Source: a virus (taxonomy: Duplodnaviria; Caudoviricetes). From it: a stretch of DNA of 64,000 nucleotides. Position 1 is the first letter of the stretch. Each line of letters starts with the position of its first letter. Shown here in pieces: positions 56,093-64,000 of the stretch. A program made the translations under genes and the position numbers. A model generated the notes under the pieces. The model was not told the origin of the DNA and did not search any database. It was given only the letters and a program-made list of their open reading frames with translations. The DNA is taken from the IMG/VR virus record IMGVR_UViG_3300017716_000997, positions 1,033 to 65,032 of that record. The stretch is one strand, 5' to 3'.

Positions 56093-58242
56093 CTTCTACC
56101 GTCCGGTCTAATATCAATACGTGGGGTACCCATCTGCCAAGATACGCCTAGTCCATCAGAGTAGATTCTCATAGCCATTTGACGACCACGAAGGCGGGTA
56201 TAGACTTGCCCTGTAAACTCTTGAATTGTATATACGGGAACTGTACTAAAGTTATCCGTACTTTGAACTGGGTTTAAATCTGCATTTCCATAGTTTGTAC
56301 CACTGTTCTGACGTGGGCGCAATTGCATCGTTACCGTAGGCTGGTTTACATTTGAGCCGTTAAAGTTAATATCGGGCAACATCCGCCATACGTAACCGAA
56401 GTTATGCCCATCCCCAATGTCAAAGTCAGAAGACTGAACATAGGAAACAATAGGTACTGTAGTGGCTGTGGAAGCATCATCATTACCAACCTCGTGGTAA
56501 ATAATAGTTCCTGTTGGGTTTGCAAGCTCATCAACGCCATTAATGAATGCGCCCATAGGGTTCTGTCTAATACCAGAATCTAGCCAAGATGTACGGTTTA
56601 ATGCGCCGTAATACCATACACGGTCTAAGTAGTTATAGACTACATACTTATCTACGACTGTGCTGTTTACAGAACAGTAGAACCACCAGATTTCATTAAA
56701 TCCTTCATTGGTTCCACAAGAAACTTGCCATGATTGGTCTTTATTAATATCGGCAAAAACAAATTGGCGCAGCGCACAAGGCAGCGTTTCTACACGACCA
56801 GAATACATATAGAACTTATCAGTACCCATCCAGTAAGTAACGCCATTAATTGTAATGATAGCGTTTGGACCCATAATTGAGATGTTATCCATCAATACGG
56901 TAAAGCCCCAAACATAGGGAGGCCCAAGATACTGCATGGAGTATATGGTTGAGTCTGTCAATACTAAGATTTCTTGGCGGGTGTTAATAGACGTTACGAT
57001 GTAAGAGCCGTGCGATAAGCGGAATTCACCAGCCTGATTGGTAATATCTGGTACCCATTGGTAGGGGTTTTCTTGGTCAGACCAGCGTACCAACATAGGA
57101 TCAAACGGTGTTAATGGATCTGCGGGGTTATATGAATTAGCGCCCATAGCAATAACAAAGCGTTGAATATCAGAAGATACTACTTCATTGGTAGCATTTG
57201 GAACCCACTGCCCACTAGTAGCTACGGCTACGTTAGCTAAAGCAGCCAAAGGTTTACCTCTAACCTGTATACCTAAAGCAGCATCCCAATAATAGATTTG
57301 TCCGCCACGAGGAGCAAAAATTAAATCCTCGCCATAGTTATCGGCAGACCATAAGCGAAGTTGTGATCCTACTGTTTGCGGTGCAGCATTACCCCATCCG
57401 TAAAAACCCCAAGGAGCAGCGCCCCAACCGTTACCAAATGTATATACAGCAAGACCAACAGGAACTAAATAGTCCACAGTAATGTTACTGCCTCCACCAG
57501 CGTCTACTTTTGACGTAGTAAAAGTAATATTAGTTAAATTATTATCTGGAGTACTGATAGCGGGGGCATACCAATAGCTCGTTCCATATTCAAACACTTG
57601 ATGTTCTTGGTTAATAACGTTTGCAGCTAAACCGCCAACTGATGTAGAGTTTGACAGTATTACAAAGTCTCTAGTGTTAGAGATGTTATTGGCATCAAAG
57701 AATTGAAAGTATCCGCTTGCTATATTAGCGCCTGCAGTATGCGTAGCGGCAGTTGTGTTATTAAACCCACGAATACAATTAACAGCTACGTTTGCCGTAA
57801 TATTGTTGTAGTAAATTTGCTCACTATCAATCTTCATTACACCTGCTTGTGGTGCAAAATAAGCAGCGTTTGTTAACGAAATAGTGGTTGTATTGATTGT
57901 GACGTTAGATACTAAGGTTGTAAACCCAGTAGAGATTGTATTGTTATAGGTTGCTCTACCGATAATAGGCGTGATGTCGTAATAAAACCCACCAGACTCA
58001 ACATAATATTTAAGGTTTGTGCCAATACCAAGGTAGTTAAATCCAGCCAAAGTAGCCCAATTCCAAATAGAACGAGCAACACCTAAGAATCTATTAGCAC
58101 TTAGACGAATCCAACCACCTAACTTTTCTGGAAAGCCAGAACGAAAACGAATCTTATCCCCATCAAAGTAACCGCCTTCGTTAGAATAATCGGTGCCTTC
58201 TCGGTTTAGACCAGGTCGTAGTTGTATTTTTTGTAATGGCAT
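56089..58242 (-). CDS. Tail tubular protein B / P22 gp10-like nozzle (717 aa)
   Basis: GDKIRFRSGFPEKLGGW, VRWSDQE, GPPYVWG, VETLPC, FNEIWWFY, YTRLRGRQ. Confidence 0.8.
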   Translation of the reverse strand: MPLQKIQLRPGLNREGTDYSNEGGYFDGDKIRFRSGFPEKLGGWIRLSANRFLGVARSIWNWATLAGFNYLGIGTNLKYYVESGGFYYDITPIIGRATYNNTISTGFTTLVSNVTINTTTISLTNAAYFAPQAGVMKIDSEQIYYNNITANVAVNCIRGFNNTTAATHTAGANIASGYFQFFDANNISNTRDFVILSNSTSVGGLAANVINQEHQVFEYGTSYWYAPAISTPDNNLTNITFTTSKVDAGGGSNITVDYLVPVGLAVYTFGNGWGAAPWGFYGWGNAAPQTVGSQLRLWSADNYGEDLIFAPRGGQIYYWDAALGIQVRGKPLAALANVAVATSGQWVPNATNEVVSSDIQRFVIAMGANSYNPADPLTPFDPMLVRWSDQENPYQWVPDITNQAGEFRLSHGSYIVTSINTRQEILVLTDSTIYSMQYLGPPYVWGFTVLMDNISIMGPNAIITINGVTYWMGTDKFYMYSGRVETLPCALRQFVFADINKDQSWQVSCGTNEGFNEIWWFYCSVNSTVVDKYVVYNYLDRVWYYGALNRTSWLDSGIRQNPMGAFINGVDELANPTGTIIYHEVGNDDASTATTVPIVSYVQSSDFDIGDGHNFGYVWRMLPDINFNGSNVNQPTVTMQLRPRQNSGTNYGNADLNPVQSTDNFSTVPVYTIQEFTGQVYTRLRGRQMAMRIYSDGLGVSWQMGTPRIDIRPDGRR

Positions 58243-58247
58243 CGGGT

Positions 58248-58844
58248 TTACCCTAGTACAGATAGTGCTTTAGCAATCTTGGCTTTACGGTCTTCTAACC
58301 CGATTAAGCCACCGTTAATGCGTTTTGTCATTGTCTCAAAATCTCCAGCATCTGCCAAGGCATTTAAGCTTTTCTTATTCCAAAACCAGCCTGCACTTAG
58401 AGCCGCATATTCAGGAGTATTAAGCAGACCAGGACTACTGAGAAGATCCACACCAAGACCAGATCCACAGTTTCCATAGTTTTCCTTGCCCGTCAACTGA
58501 ATTAACCCACGACCGTGGTATTTCCAACCATCGCCTGTTTCTTCTACACCATTACCCATACGCCCACCATACACTTTATTGGCAATCATTTCTGGGTGGT
58601 AGGCATACTTCATAGCGGTAGCCGAGTCAGGAAATCTAGTAGGCCATGTACGCATTAGGGCCTGTGAGCTGTAGTTTAAGTTTTCTTCAAGAGTTTTGAA
58701 ATTATTAGATTCATGAGCGCACTGACCAATAAACGCTGCTTGACGCTCTGGTGTGTTGATGTCGTATTTAGCAAAAGTATTCTCCAAAGGATTTAACCAC
58801 TTGGAATCAATATCTAGAGCCTGTAACTTTTCATTACTTAGCAT
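58248..58844 (-). CDS. Endolysin, GH19 chitinase-like
   Basis: FIGQCAHES, ENLNYS, GRGLIQLTGKENY, TKRINGG. Confidence 0.9.
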   Translation of the reverse strand: MLSNEKLQALDIDSKWLNPLENTFAKYDINTPERQAAFIGQCAHESNNFKTLEENLNYSSQALMRTWPTRFPDSATAMKYAYHPEMIANKVYGGRMGNGVEETGDGWKYHGRGLIQLTGKENYGNCGSGLGVDLLSSPGLLNTPEYAALSAGWFWNKKSLNALADAGDFETMTKRINGGLIGLEDRKAKIAKALSVLG

Positions 58845-59253
58845 TAAAAATGCCTATCTGTTCATTTAGCCAAGCCTGAAGAGAAACAAGCTGTTGTGTA
58901 GTTATTGCACATTTTTCAATAAATTTAGGGTCGGTGGGGGTGCCATCAGTGCTGCTGGCGGTGTTGGAAATTGTGCCTGTTTGACCGCTACTGGAGAGGC
59001 GCATCCCACCATAAGTAGACTTAATAAGAGCAAGCTTGTTTTGATAATCATTTTTTACCTTTTCATTAACTTGAGTGGCTTCCTTAGCCTTGTATAAATT
59101 AATCATTTCCTGTTCTTTAGCAGCGGTTTCGGCTTTAGATACATAGGCATCATACTTAACGGACTGGTATTTGCCGTAGCCTATACCACTTATGGCCGCC
59201 AAAGATAGGGCTGCATAAATATAAAACTGAATTGGTATTGTTAAACCGAACAT
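58834..59253 (-). CDS. rz: Rz-like inner-membrane spanin
   Basis: N-terminal TM, periplasmic coiled coil; between holin and endolysin. Confidence 0.75.
   Translation of the reverse strand: MFGLTIPIQFYIYAALSLAAISGIGYGKYQSVKYDAYVSKAETAAKEQEMINLYKAKEATQVNEKVKNDYQNKLALIKSTYGGMRLSSSGQTGTISNTASSTDGTPTDPKFIEKCAITTQQLVSLQAWLNEQIGIFNAK
58902..59051 (-). CDS. rz1: Rz1-like outer-membrane lipoprotein spanin embedded in Rz (49 aa, not in ORF track)
   Basis: Alternative frame: MIIKTSLLLLSLLMVG-C lipobox, then Pro-rich ASPVAVKQAQFPTPPAALMAPPPTL; AAAGG RBS. Confidence 0.8.
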   Translation of the reverse strand: MIIKTSLLLLSLLMVGCASPVAVKQAQFPTPPAALMAPPPTLNLLKNVQ

Positions 59254-59456
59254 TATTTTTTGTCCAATGGCATAGTTGTATAAAACCGCAAGATTGCGCA
59301 GATGATGCCAATAGTCATAAATATTGGGCCGTAGTATTGAGGCTGTATGTTATCCCTGAGATATGGGAAGTACATTTCTACAGCACCAAATATCACCATT
59401 GCAAAAGAGAACCACAGGGTCTTTGAGCGCATAACACTCATAGTCTTGCGTCTCAT
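59253..59456 (-). CDS. Holin (two TM segments)
   Basis: SKTLWFSFAMVIFGAV / IFMTIGIICAILRFYTT, basic C-terminus; upstream of spanin and endolysin. Confidence 0.7.
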   Translation of the reverse strand: MRRKTMSVMRSKTLWFSFAMVIFGAVEMYFPYLRDNIQPQYYGPIFMTIGIICAILRFYTTMPLDKK

Positions 59457-59457
59457 A

Positions 59458-60852
59458 TTACGCTGTATAAGTACCAGAAACGGTGTATCTCAGGATAGTA
59501 TTTGCGCCAGAGATAGTAACTGTTGGAGCGCCTGTAGTAACATTACTATAGCTTGCAGTAGGAATAGAAACTACGATTGTTCCTGAACCACCTGTGCCAG
59601 TACCAATACCGTTAAAGAAACCACCACCGCCACCGCCAGTATTTGTGCCACCATTAGAACCACCTGCGCCTCCACCGCCACTACCTCCACTAATAGGGCT
59701 ACCACCTCCACCGCCGCCTCCACCGCCGGAATAAACAACAGTTGTGCCAGTTAATGTACTGGAATAACCATTACCGCCCGGACCTGCTAAGGAATCGCTA
59801 AAAACAGTTCCTCCAACTGCACTACCACCACCGCCACCGCCGCCAGTAAATGTTCCCCCAGTGCCACCAGCAAATCCTTGACCTGATATTCCAGCGCCAC
59901 CGCCTCCAATGCGTGTAGGATCACCAGCACCAGAAGCACCACCACCTCCTGAACCACCACTTGCACCACTAGCTTGAAACGCACCACCAGCGCCACCGCC
60001 AGTTGCTATAGCAACACCTGTAATAGATGAGTTTGTTCCCTGTCCATTAATACCGCCACCACCGCCAACAACCATTGTATAAGTAGCTCCGGGTGTTACT
60101 GATAATGAACTTGCAATGAAGCCTCCACCACCGCCACCTCCTGAACCAGAACCACCACCTCCACCGCCAGATACAATTAAGAAGTTAATGGTATATACAC
60201 CTTGTGGATAAGTTTGGAATCTAACCCATGTACCGCCTGTATAACCTTCATAAATAGATAGCTCACTGTTGTAACGGAAAATACCAACAACGCCATTTGC
60301 GGCACGGGATGCTGTATTTCCAGTTGGTAAAAAGATTTGCCCAGTACTGGTATTAGCGTAAATATTAGCGCCAAAAGTAGCCTGATTTAAAACAACTAAG
60401 TTTTGACCAATAGAAGCATTACCTGTAACCGTTAAGTCGCCGTCAATGTAGTTAAACTGTGTAGCACTGAAGAAGTTTGCGCCGTCACAAAAAATTACTT
60501 CACTTGCAGCATTGGCAATAGCAATACCGTTTCCGCCAGCCGTTTTAACGGTTACTGTAGCGTTTGAGAAGTTACGAACAATATAGGTCTTTTCTACTGC
60601 AGGAGCAATAACGTTGCAGGGGGCGCCTAACAAACCACCAAATACCAATACAGCATTACGAGCCTGGTCTGGAAGTCCATTATAGTCTGTTAAGGTGTAA
60701 TCCCCGCCAACTAAAGTGATTGGTTCAACGCCAGCAATAGCCTGTTCAAGCAGGGTTCCTAGGTTGTTATTGGTGGTTGTACCCCATGTACCGGCTTGTT
60801 CGCCGTTACCGATAAGCTCTAATCCTAGCGAGGTTGAATAGGTGGATGGCAT
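59458..60852 (-). CDS. Tail fibre with Gly-rich C-terminal domain (464 aa)
   Basis: MPSTYSTSLGLELIGNGEQAGTWG anchor; FLIVSGGGGG...SGTYTA. Confidence 0.75.
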   Translation of the reverse strand: MPSTYSTSLGLELIGNGEQAGTWGTTTNNNLGTLLEQAIAGVEPITLVGGDYTLTDYNGLPDQARNAVLVFGGLLGAPCNVIAPAVEKTYIVRNFSNATVTVKTAGGNGIAIANAASEVIFCDGANFFSATQFNYIDGDLTVTGNASIGQNLVVLNQATFGANIYANTSTGQIFLPTGNTASRAANGVVGIFRYNSELSIYEGYTGGTWVRFQTYPQGVYTINFLIVSGGGGGGSGSGGGGGGGFIASSLSVTPGATYTMVVGGGGGINGQGTNSSITGVAIATGGGAGGAFQASGASGGSGGGGASGAGDPTRIGGGGAGISGQGFAGGTGGTFTGGGGGGGSAVGGTVFSDSLAGPGGNGYSSTLTGTTVVYSGGGGGGGGGSPISGGSGGGGAGGSNGGTNTGGGGGGFFNGIGTGTGGSGTIVVSIPTASYSNVTTGAPTVTISGANTILRYTVSGTYTA

Positions 60853-60855
60853 GTT

Positions 60856-61818
60856 TTATCCTTGATAATCGTTTACGTTAATCCAGCTTGTATTTGCAGT
60901 ATTGTTAATAGTAGTCCAAGTTCCGGCATTAGCCGTTACAATATTAGCCCAATTTGGGGTTTGTCCGTCGTTGATTGTAATCCAACCACGGGTGAAAAGC
61001 GACTCATAAATAGTCATTAAATCCTCTACAACCCCTGCAAAATCAGCAGAAGCTGCCTCGGTATCAGTCAGGCTATAGGATTCAACTAAGGCGCCTACCC
61101 AGTCATAGCGGGCGGCTTGAGCGTCTGTTAGGGTAATAGTATCGGTAGTATTGCCAAGGGCTGATCTGATGCCTTCATAAACATCTAACAAGGTTACTGT
61201 TTCATCGCTGGCTACAAAGAACTGGAATTGACCCGGAGCCTCATCTGTAATATCTACGGAATCTACTACGTCACCAGCAAAGTTAGCGGTAGAGTCGTAT
61301 AAGTCGGTTAGGGTTACAGTATCTTCTGTGTTTACTGCAAAGCCTTGAGGACCCAATTCTACGGTAGTTAAGGTAACATTTTCGGCTGTAGTTGCTGTAA
61401 AGATTACTTGAGTAGACTGGGTTTCTGTAAGATTTGCAGTCTCTTCATCGGTTGCAAAGAACGCTACTTGGGTGCTAATTGTTTCTGTTAAGTCGGTAAA
61501 TTCTTCTTGAATAGCGTAGGTATCCCATGCGCCTTCAGGAGTATCGGTAAATGTAATAGTCTCGCTGGACTGGGCAGATGTATTCCAAGCGCCATTTGCG
61601 GCATCCAACAAAGAAATAGTATCGCTACTAAATACAAAGAATTCAAATACTGGACTGTCATCTGTGGATAATGCAAAGGATTCAGCCGTTACTCCAGTAA
61701 AATTAGCACTAGATGCAAAGACATCCGATAAAGTAAAAGACTCCGCTAGCGCAGCATTAAAGGTATTGCCCGCTAAAGAAGCAAATGGTGACTGGGCAAA
61801 TGCGCTTATACCAAACAT
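60856..61818 (-). CDS. Acidic 20-residue-repeat structural protein (320 aa)
   Basis: About 12 repeats of x(E/D)(T/S)hxLxD; C-terminal Trp every 11 residues. Confidence 0.7.
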   Translation of the reverse strand: MFGISAFAQSPFASLAGNTFNAALAESFTLSDVFASSANFTGVTAESFALSTDDSPVFEFFVFSSDTISLLDAANGAWNTSAQSSETITFTDTPEGAWDTYAIQEEFTDLTETISTQVAFFATDEETANLTETQSTQVIFTATTAENVTLTTVELGPQGFAVNTEDTVTLTDLYDSTANFAGDVVDSVDITDEAPGQFQFFVASDETVTLLDVYEGIRSALGNTTDTITLTDAQAARYDWVGALVESYSLTDTEAASADFAGVVEDLMTIYESLFTRGWITINDGQTPNWANIVTANAGTWTTINNTANTSWINVNDYQG

Positions 61819-61820
61819 AA

Positions 61821-63203
61821 TTAGGCCGTGTAGGTTCCAGATCCGTTAAACGTTAAAATAGTGTTAGCTCCGCTTGTGGATACAGAGGCTCCAGATTGAA
61901 CGCCAGAATAACGGGATGTTGGTATAGAAAGAATAATAACACCTGACCCACCCGCTGCGCCATATTTTAAGCTTCCCGGATCGCCACCTGAAGAGCCACC
62001 ACCGCCACCGCCACCAGTGTTAACCCCACCGCCAGAAGGACCAAAGTTCCATGTTCCACCATATCCACCACCGCCAGAACCTCCTCCTCCGTTACCTGAA
62101 GAATAGTATCTAGATCCACCACCACCGCCGGCTCTAGTTATAGAAGAACCTGTGATTGACGAAGCAAGACCTGATCCACCACCACCGGCAGGGTTTTGCC
62201 ATGCAGTTGGACTTCCGCCAGCTCCACCAGCGCCACCACCGCCTGCATTTGGATACCCACCTATTCCGCCATCATATCCTACGCAATTGGTACAGCCTCC
62301 TCCATTGCTGCCTTGTCCTGATGTGGCTGCTCCACCAGCAGAGGATGCAAAACCAGCACCACCACCTGAGCCACCGCTATTACCACCACCGCCTACACCT
62401 CCGCCACCGCCACCAACAGCCGTAATCGTGGTTAAACCAGTTCCAGAAATAGTTGAATTGCCGCCATTATTTCCGTTAGCACCGATACCTCCGCCACCGC
62501 CACCACCACCAACTGTTGCGGTATATACAATGCCGGGAGTAACCGTAGCTGTAGAAGTAAGATACCCACCACCGCCGCCTCCAGCTCCGCCAGCGTTAAA
62601 GTTGCCAGCAGGGGATCCACCGCCACCACCACCAGCTACAGCTAGATAGGTAATTGTGTATTCATTTACAACTGGACCCAGCGAGTTAGATGTGACGGCA
62701 TTAGCAGTTCCAGCAGCATTAGTAGCAGTAACGTTACATGTAAGGTTTGCGCCAGCCTGCGTAACCGTTAATACAAATGTGTTGGATGTTGCGTTTGTAA
62801 TGTTGGTTGCATTAGCCCTCCATTGGTATCCGTAGCTAGTTGGAGAGTTTGACCATGTACCAGTTGTAGACGATAATGTTGCGCCCACAACAGCGCTACC
62901 CGAAATAACAGGAGCAACAGAATTGACTGGCAAAGAAACGGTAGTTGGAGCAACCCATGCGCCAGCAAAATAAAATTCAACCTGTGCAAGTGCGTTGTTA
63001 TATCGCATTGATCCTAAAGATGTAGACACTCTTTGGGCAGTATTTCCTGTTGGCAAAATAATTGCGCCAGTAGAGTTAAATGTAACATTTTGAGCGTTAC
63101 TAATTGTGACTGCCGTTGTATTAGCAGTCTGTAATTCAAGAGACGCAGTAGTATCTACAGTTTCAACTAGTCCACTAGCGTTGGCGTTAAATATAATGCT
63201 CAT
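61821..63203 (-). CDS. Tail fibre with Ig-like module and Gly-rich C-terminus (460 aa)
   Basis: PVNSVAPVISG..VGATLS.TTGTW..SPTSYGYQW Ig-like; YLAVAGGGGG...SGTYTA. Confidence 0.75.
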   Translation of the reverse strand: MSIIFNANASGLVETVDTTASLELQTANTTAVTISNAQNVTFNSTGAIILPTGNTAQRVSTSLGSMRYNNALAQVEFYFAGAWVAPTTVSLPVNSVAPVISGSAVVGATLSSTTGTWSNSPTSYGYQWRANATNITNATSNTFVLTVTQAGANLTCNVTATNAAGTANAVTSNSLGPVVNEYTITYLAVAGGGGGGSPAGNFNAGGAGGGGGGYLTSTATVTPGIVYTATVGGGGGGGGIGANGNNGGNSTISGTGLTTITAVGGGGGGVGGGGNSGGSGGGAGFASSAGGAATSGQGSNGGGCTNCVGYDGGIGGYPNAGGGGAGGAGGSPTAWQNPAGGGGSGLASSITGSSITRAGGGGGSRYYSSGNGGGGSGGGGYGGTWNFGPSGGGVNTGGGGGGGSSGGDPGSLKYGAAGGSGVIILSIPTSRYSGVQSGASVSTSGANTILTFNGSGTYTA

Positions 63204-64000
63204 GCTGTGTATGATCCGCTTGCTGTAAATTTTAGTACAGTATTGGCGCCATTGGTTGTTACTGTTGGGCTTCCTGTAGTGGTACCTGTGTAGTTTGTAG
63301 TAGGTATGGAAATAATAACCACCCCAGAACCACCAGCTCCACCAGCACCAGTGTATGAACCACCACCACCGCCACCGCCAGTATTAGCAGTACCAGAAAT
63401 AGCCGCTGGAGTATTTACGGTTCCGCCAGAAGTATTTCCGCCACCAGCGCCACCACCACCATTACCTCCGGGTCCTACAGTACCATTGTTATAAATACCA
63501 CCACCACCGCCACCTGCATAAAAAACTGATGATCCAGTAATACTAGACGCTAAACCAACACCACCAAATGCGCCAACTGTTCCATTTGTTTTTCCATTTC
63601 CTCCGACACCACCAGCACCACCACCGCCGCCATGAGAATAATTTGGAGTACCAGTGTCAGTAGAACCACCAGTTCCGCCACCAAAGCCTTGGCTTGCTTT
63701 TGCAGCGCCACCAACAGCGCCAGCTTGATTGTTGGAGTTTCCACCTCCGCCGCCAGATCCTCCATCATTGCCTACATTGCCACGATATGCTGTAGTTGAT
63801 GATGCTCCAAAACGAGTACCCCCACCACCACCGCCATATGATGTAAATTGAAATACTGACGACGGATTTCCGTTAAGTCCGTTAATTCCAATATCGGACG
63901 TTACCGCTCCAGCGCCTCCAGCGCCTACAGTTACTGGATAAACAATGCCTTTGTAGATGGTTGTATTACCAGTTAGGAACCCTCCAGCACCGCCGCCACC
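63200..64000 (-). CDS. Gly-rich tail protein, partial (start beyond window end)
   Basis: Frame begins GGGGAGGFLTGNTT at the window end and finishes GGSGVVIISIPT...ASGSYTA, TGA overlapping ATG at 63203. Confidence 0.75.
   Translation of the reverse strand, partial: GGGGAGGFLTGNTTIYKGIVYPVTVGAGGAGAVTSDIGINGLNGNPSSVFQFTSYGGGGGGTRFGASSTTAYRGNVGNDGGSGGGGGNSNNQAGAVGGAAKASQGFGGGTGGSTDTGTPNYSHGGGGGAGGVGGNGKTNGTVGAFGGVGLASSITGSSVFYAGGGGGGIYNNGTVGPGGNGGGGAGGGNTSGGTVNTPAAISGTANTGGGGGGGSYTGAGGAGGSGVVIISIPTTNYTGTTTGSPTVTTNGANTVLKFTASGSYTA

Noticed and set aside
1-64000. tRNA genes, att sites, stop-codon reassignment
   Set aside because: No T-loop/cloverleaf recognised by eye, no integrase to anchor an att call, and long genes are intact under the standard code; tRNAscan/ARAGORN was not run

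Overview
The whole window is a near-complete genome segment of a tailed dsDNA phage with podovirus-like architecture. The host is probably a freshwater betaproteobacterium (inference only). It has four blocks. (1) Minus-strand late operon: terS-terL-portal-GroES-scaffold-capsid-small basic proteins-adaptor-tail/fibre genes from 20.2 kb down to 1, apparently continuing from 64 kb down to 44.2 kb (Gly-rich fibres, holin/spanins/GH19 endolysin, tail tubular protein, ejection proteins with SLT and a 1792-aa polyvalent protein, metallophosphoesterase, SprT-like peptidase). (2) Plus-strand early microgenes, 20.5-23.8 kb. (3) Minus-strand replication block (RusA, ParB-like, SF2 helicase, C5 methyltransferase, Toprim primase), 23.8-30.3 kb. 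(4) Plus-strand block, 30.4-44.2 kb, with a sigma70-region-4 mimic, glycosyltransferases, a radical SAM enzyme and an exonuclease/ERF recombination module. I saw no integrase, DNA polymerase, reverse transcriptase, tRNA or CRISPR array. Most striking observations: an 11-gene array (32.8-35.8 kb) built combinatorially from six short blocks that are identical at DNA level and separated by unrelated variable inserts, sitting inside a glycosylation cluster; a recurrent [FMY]-x-x-G-G motif shared by small basic and ejection proteins; an HNH gene that appears to have captured the N-terminus of its target gene and supplied a replacement; an alternative-frame protein inside the methyltransferase; and two candidate structured RNAs. 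All product calls come from reading motifs by eye, with no database search.
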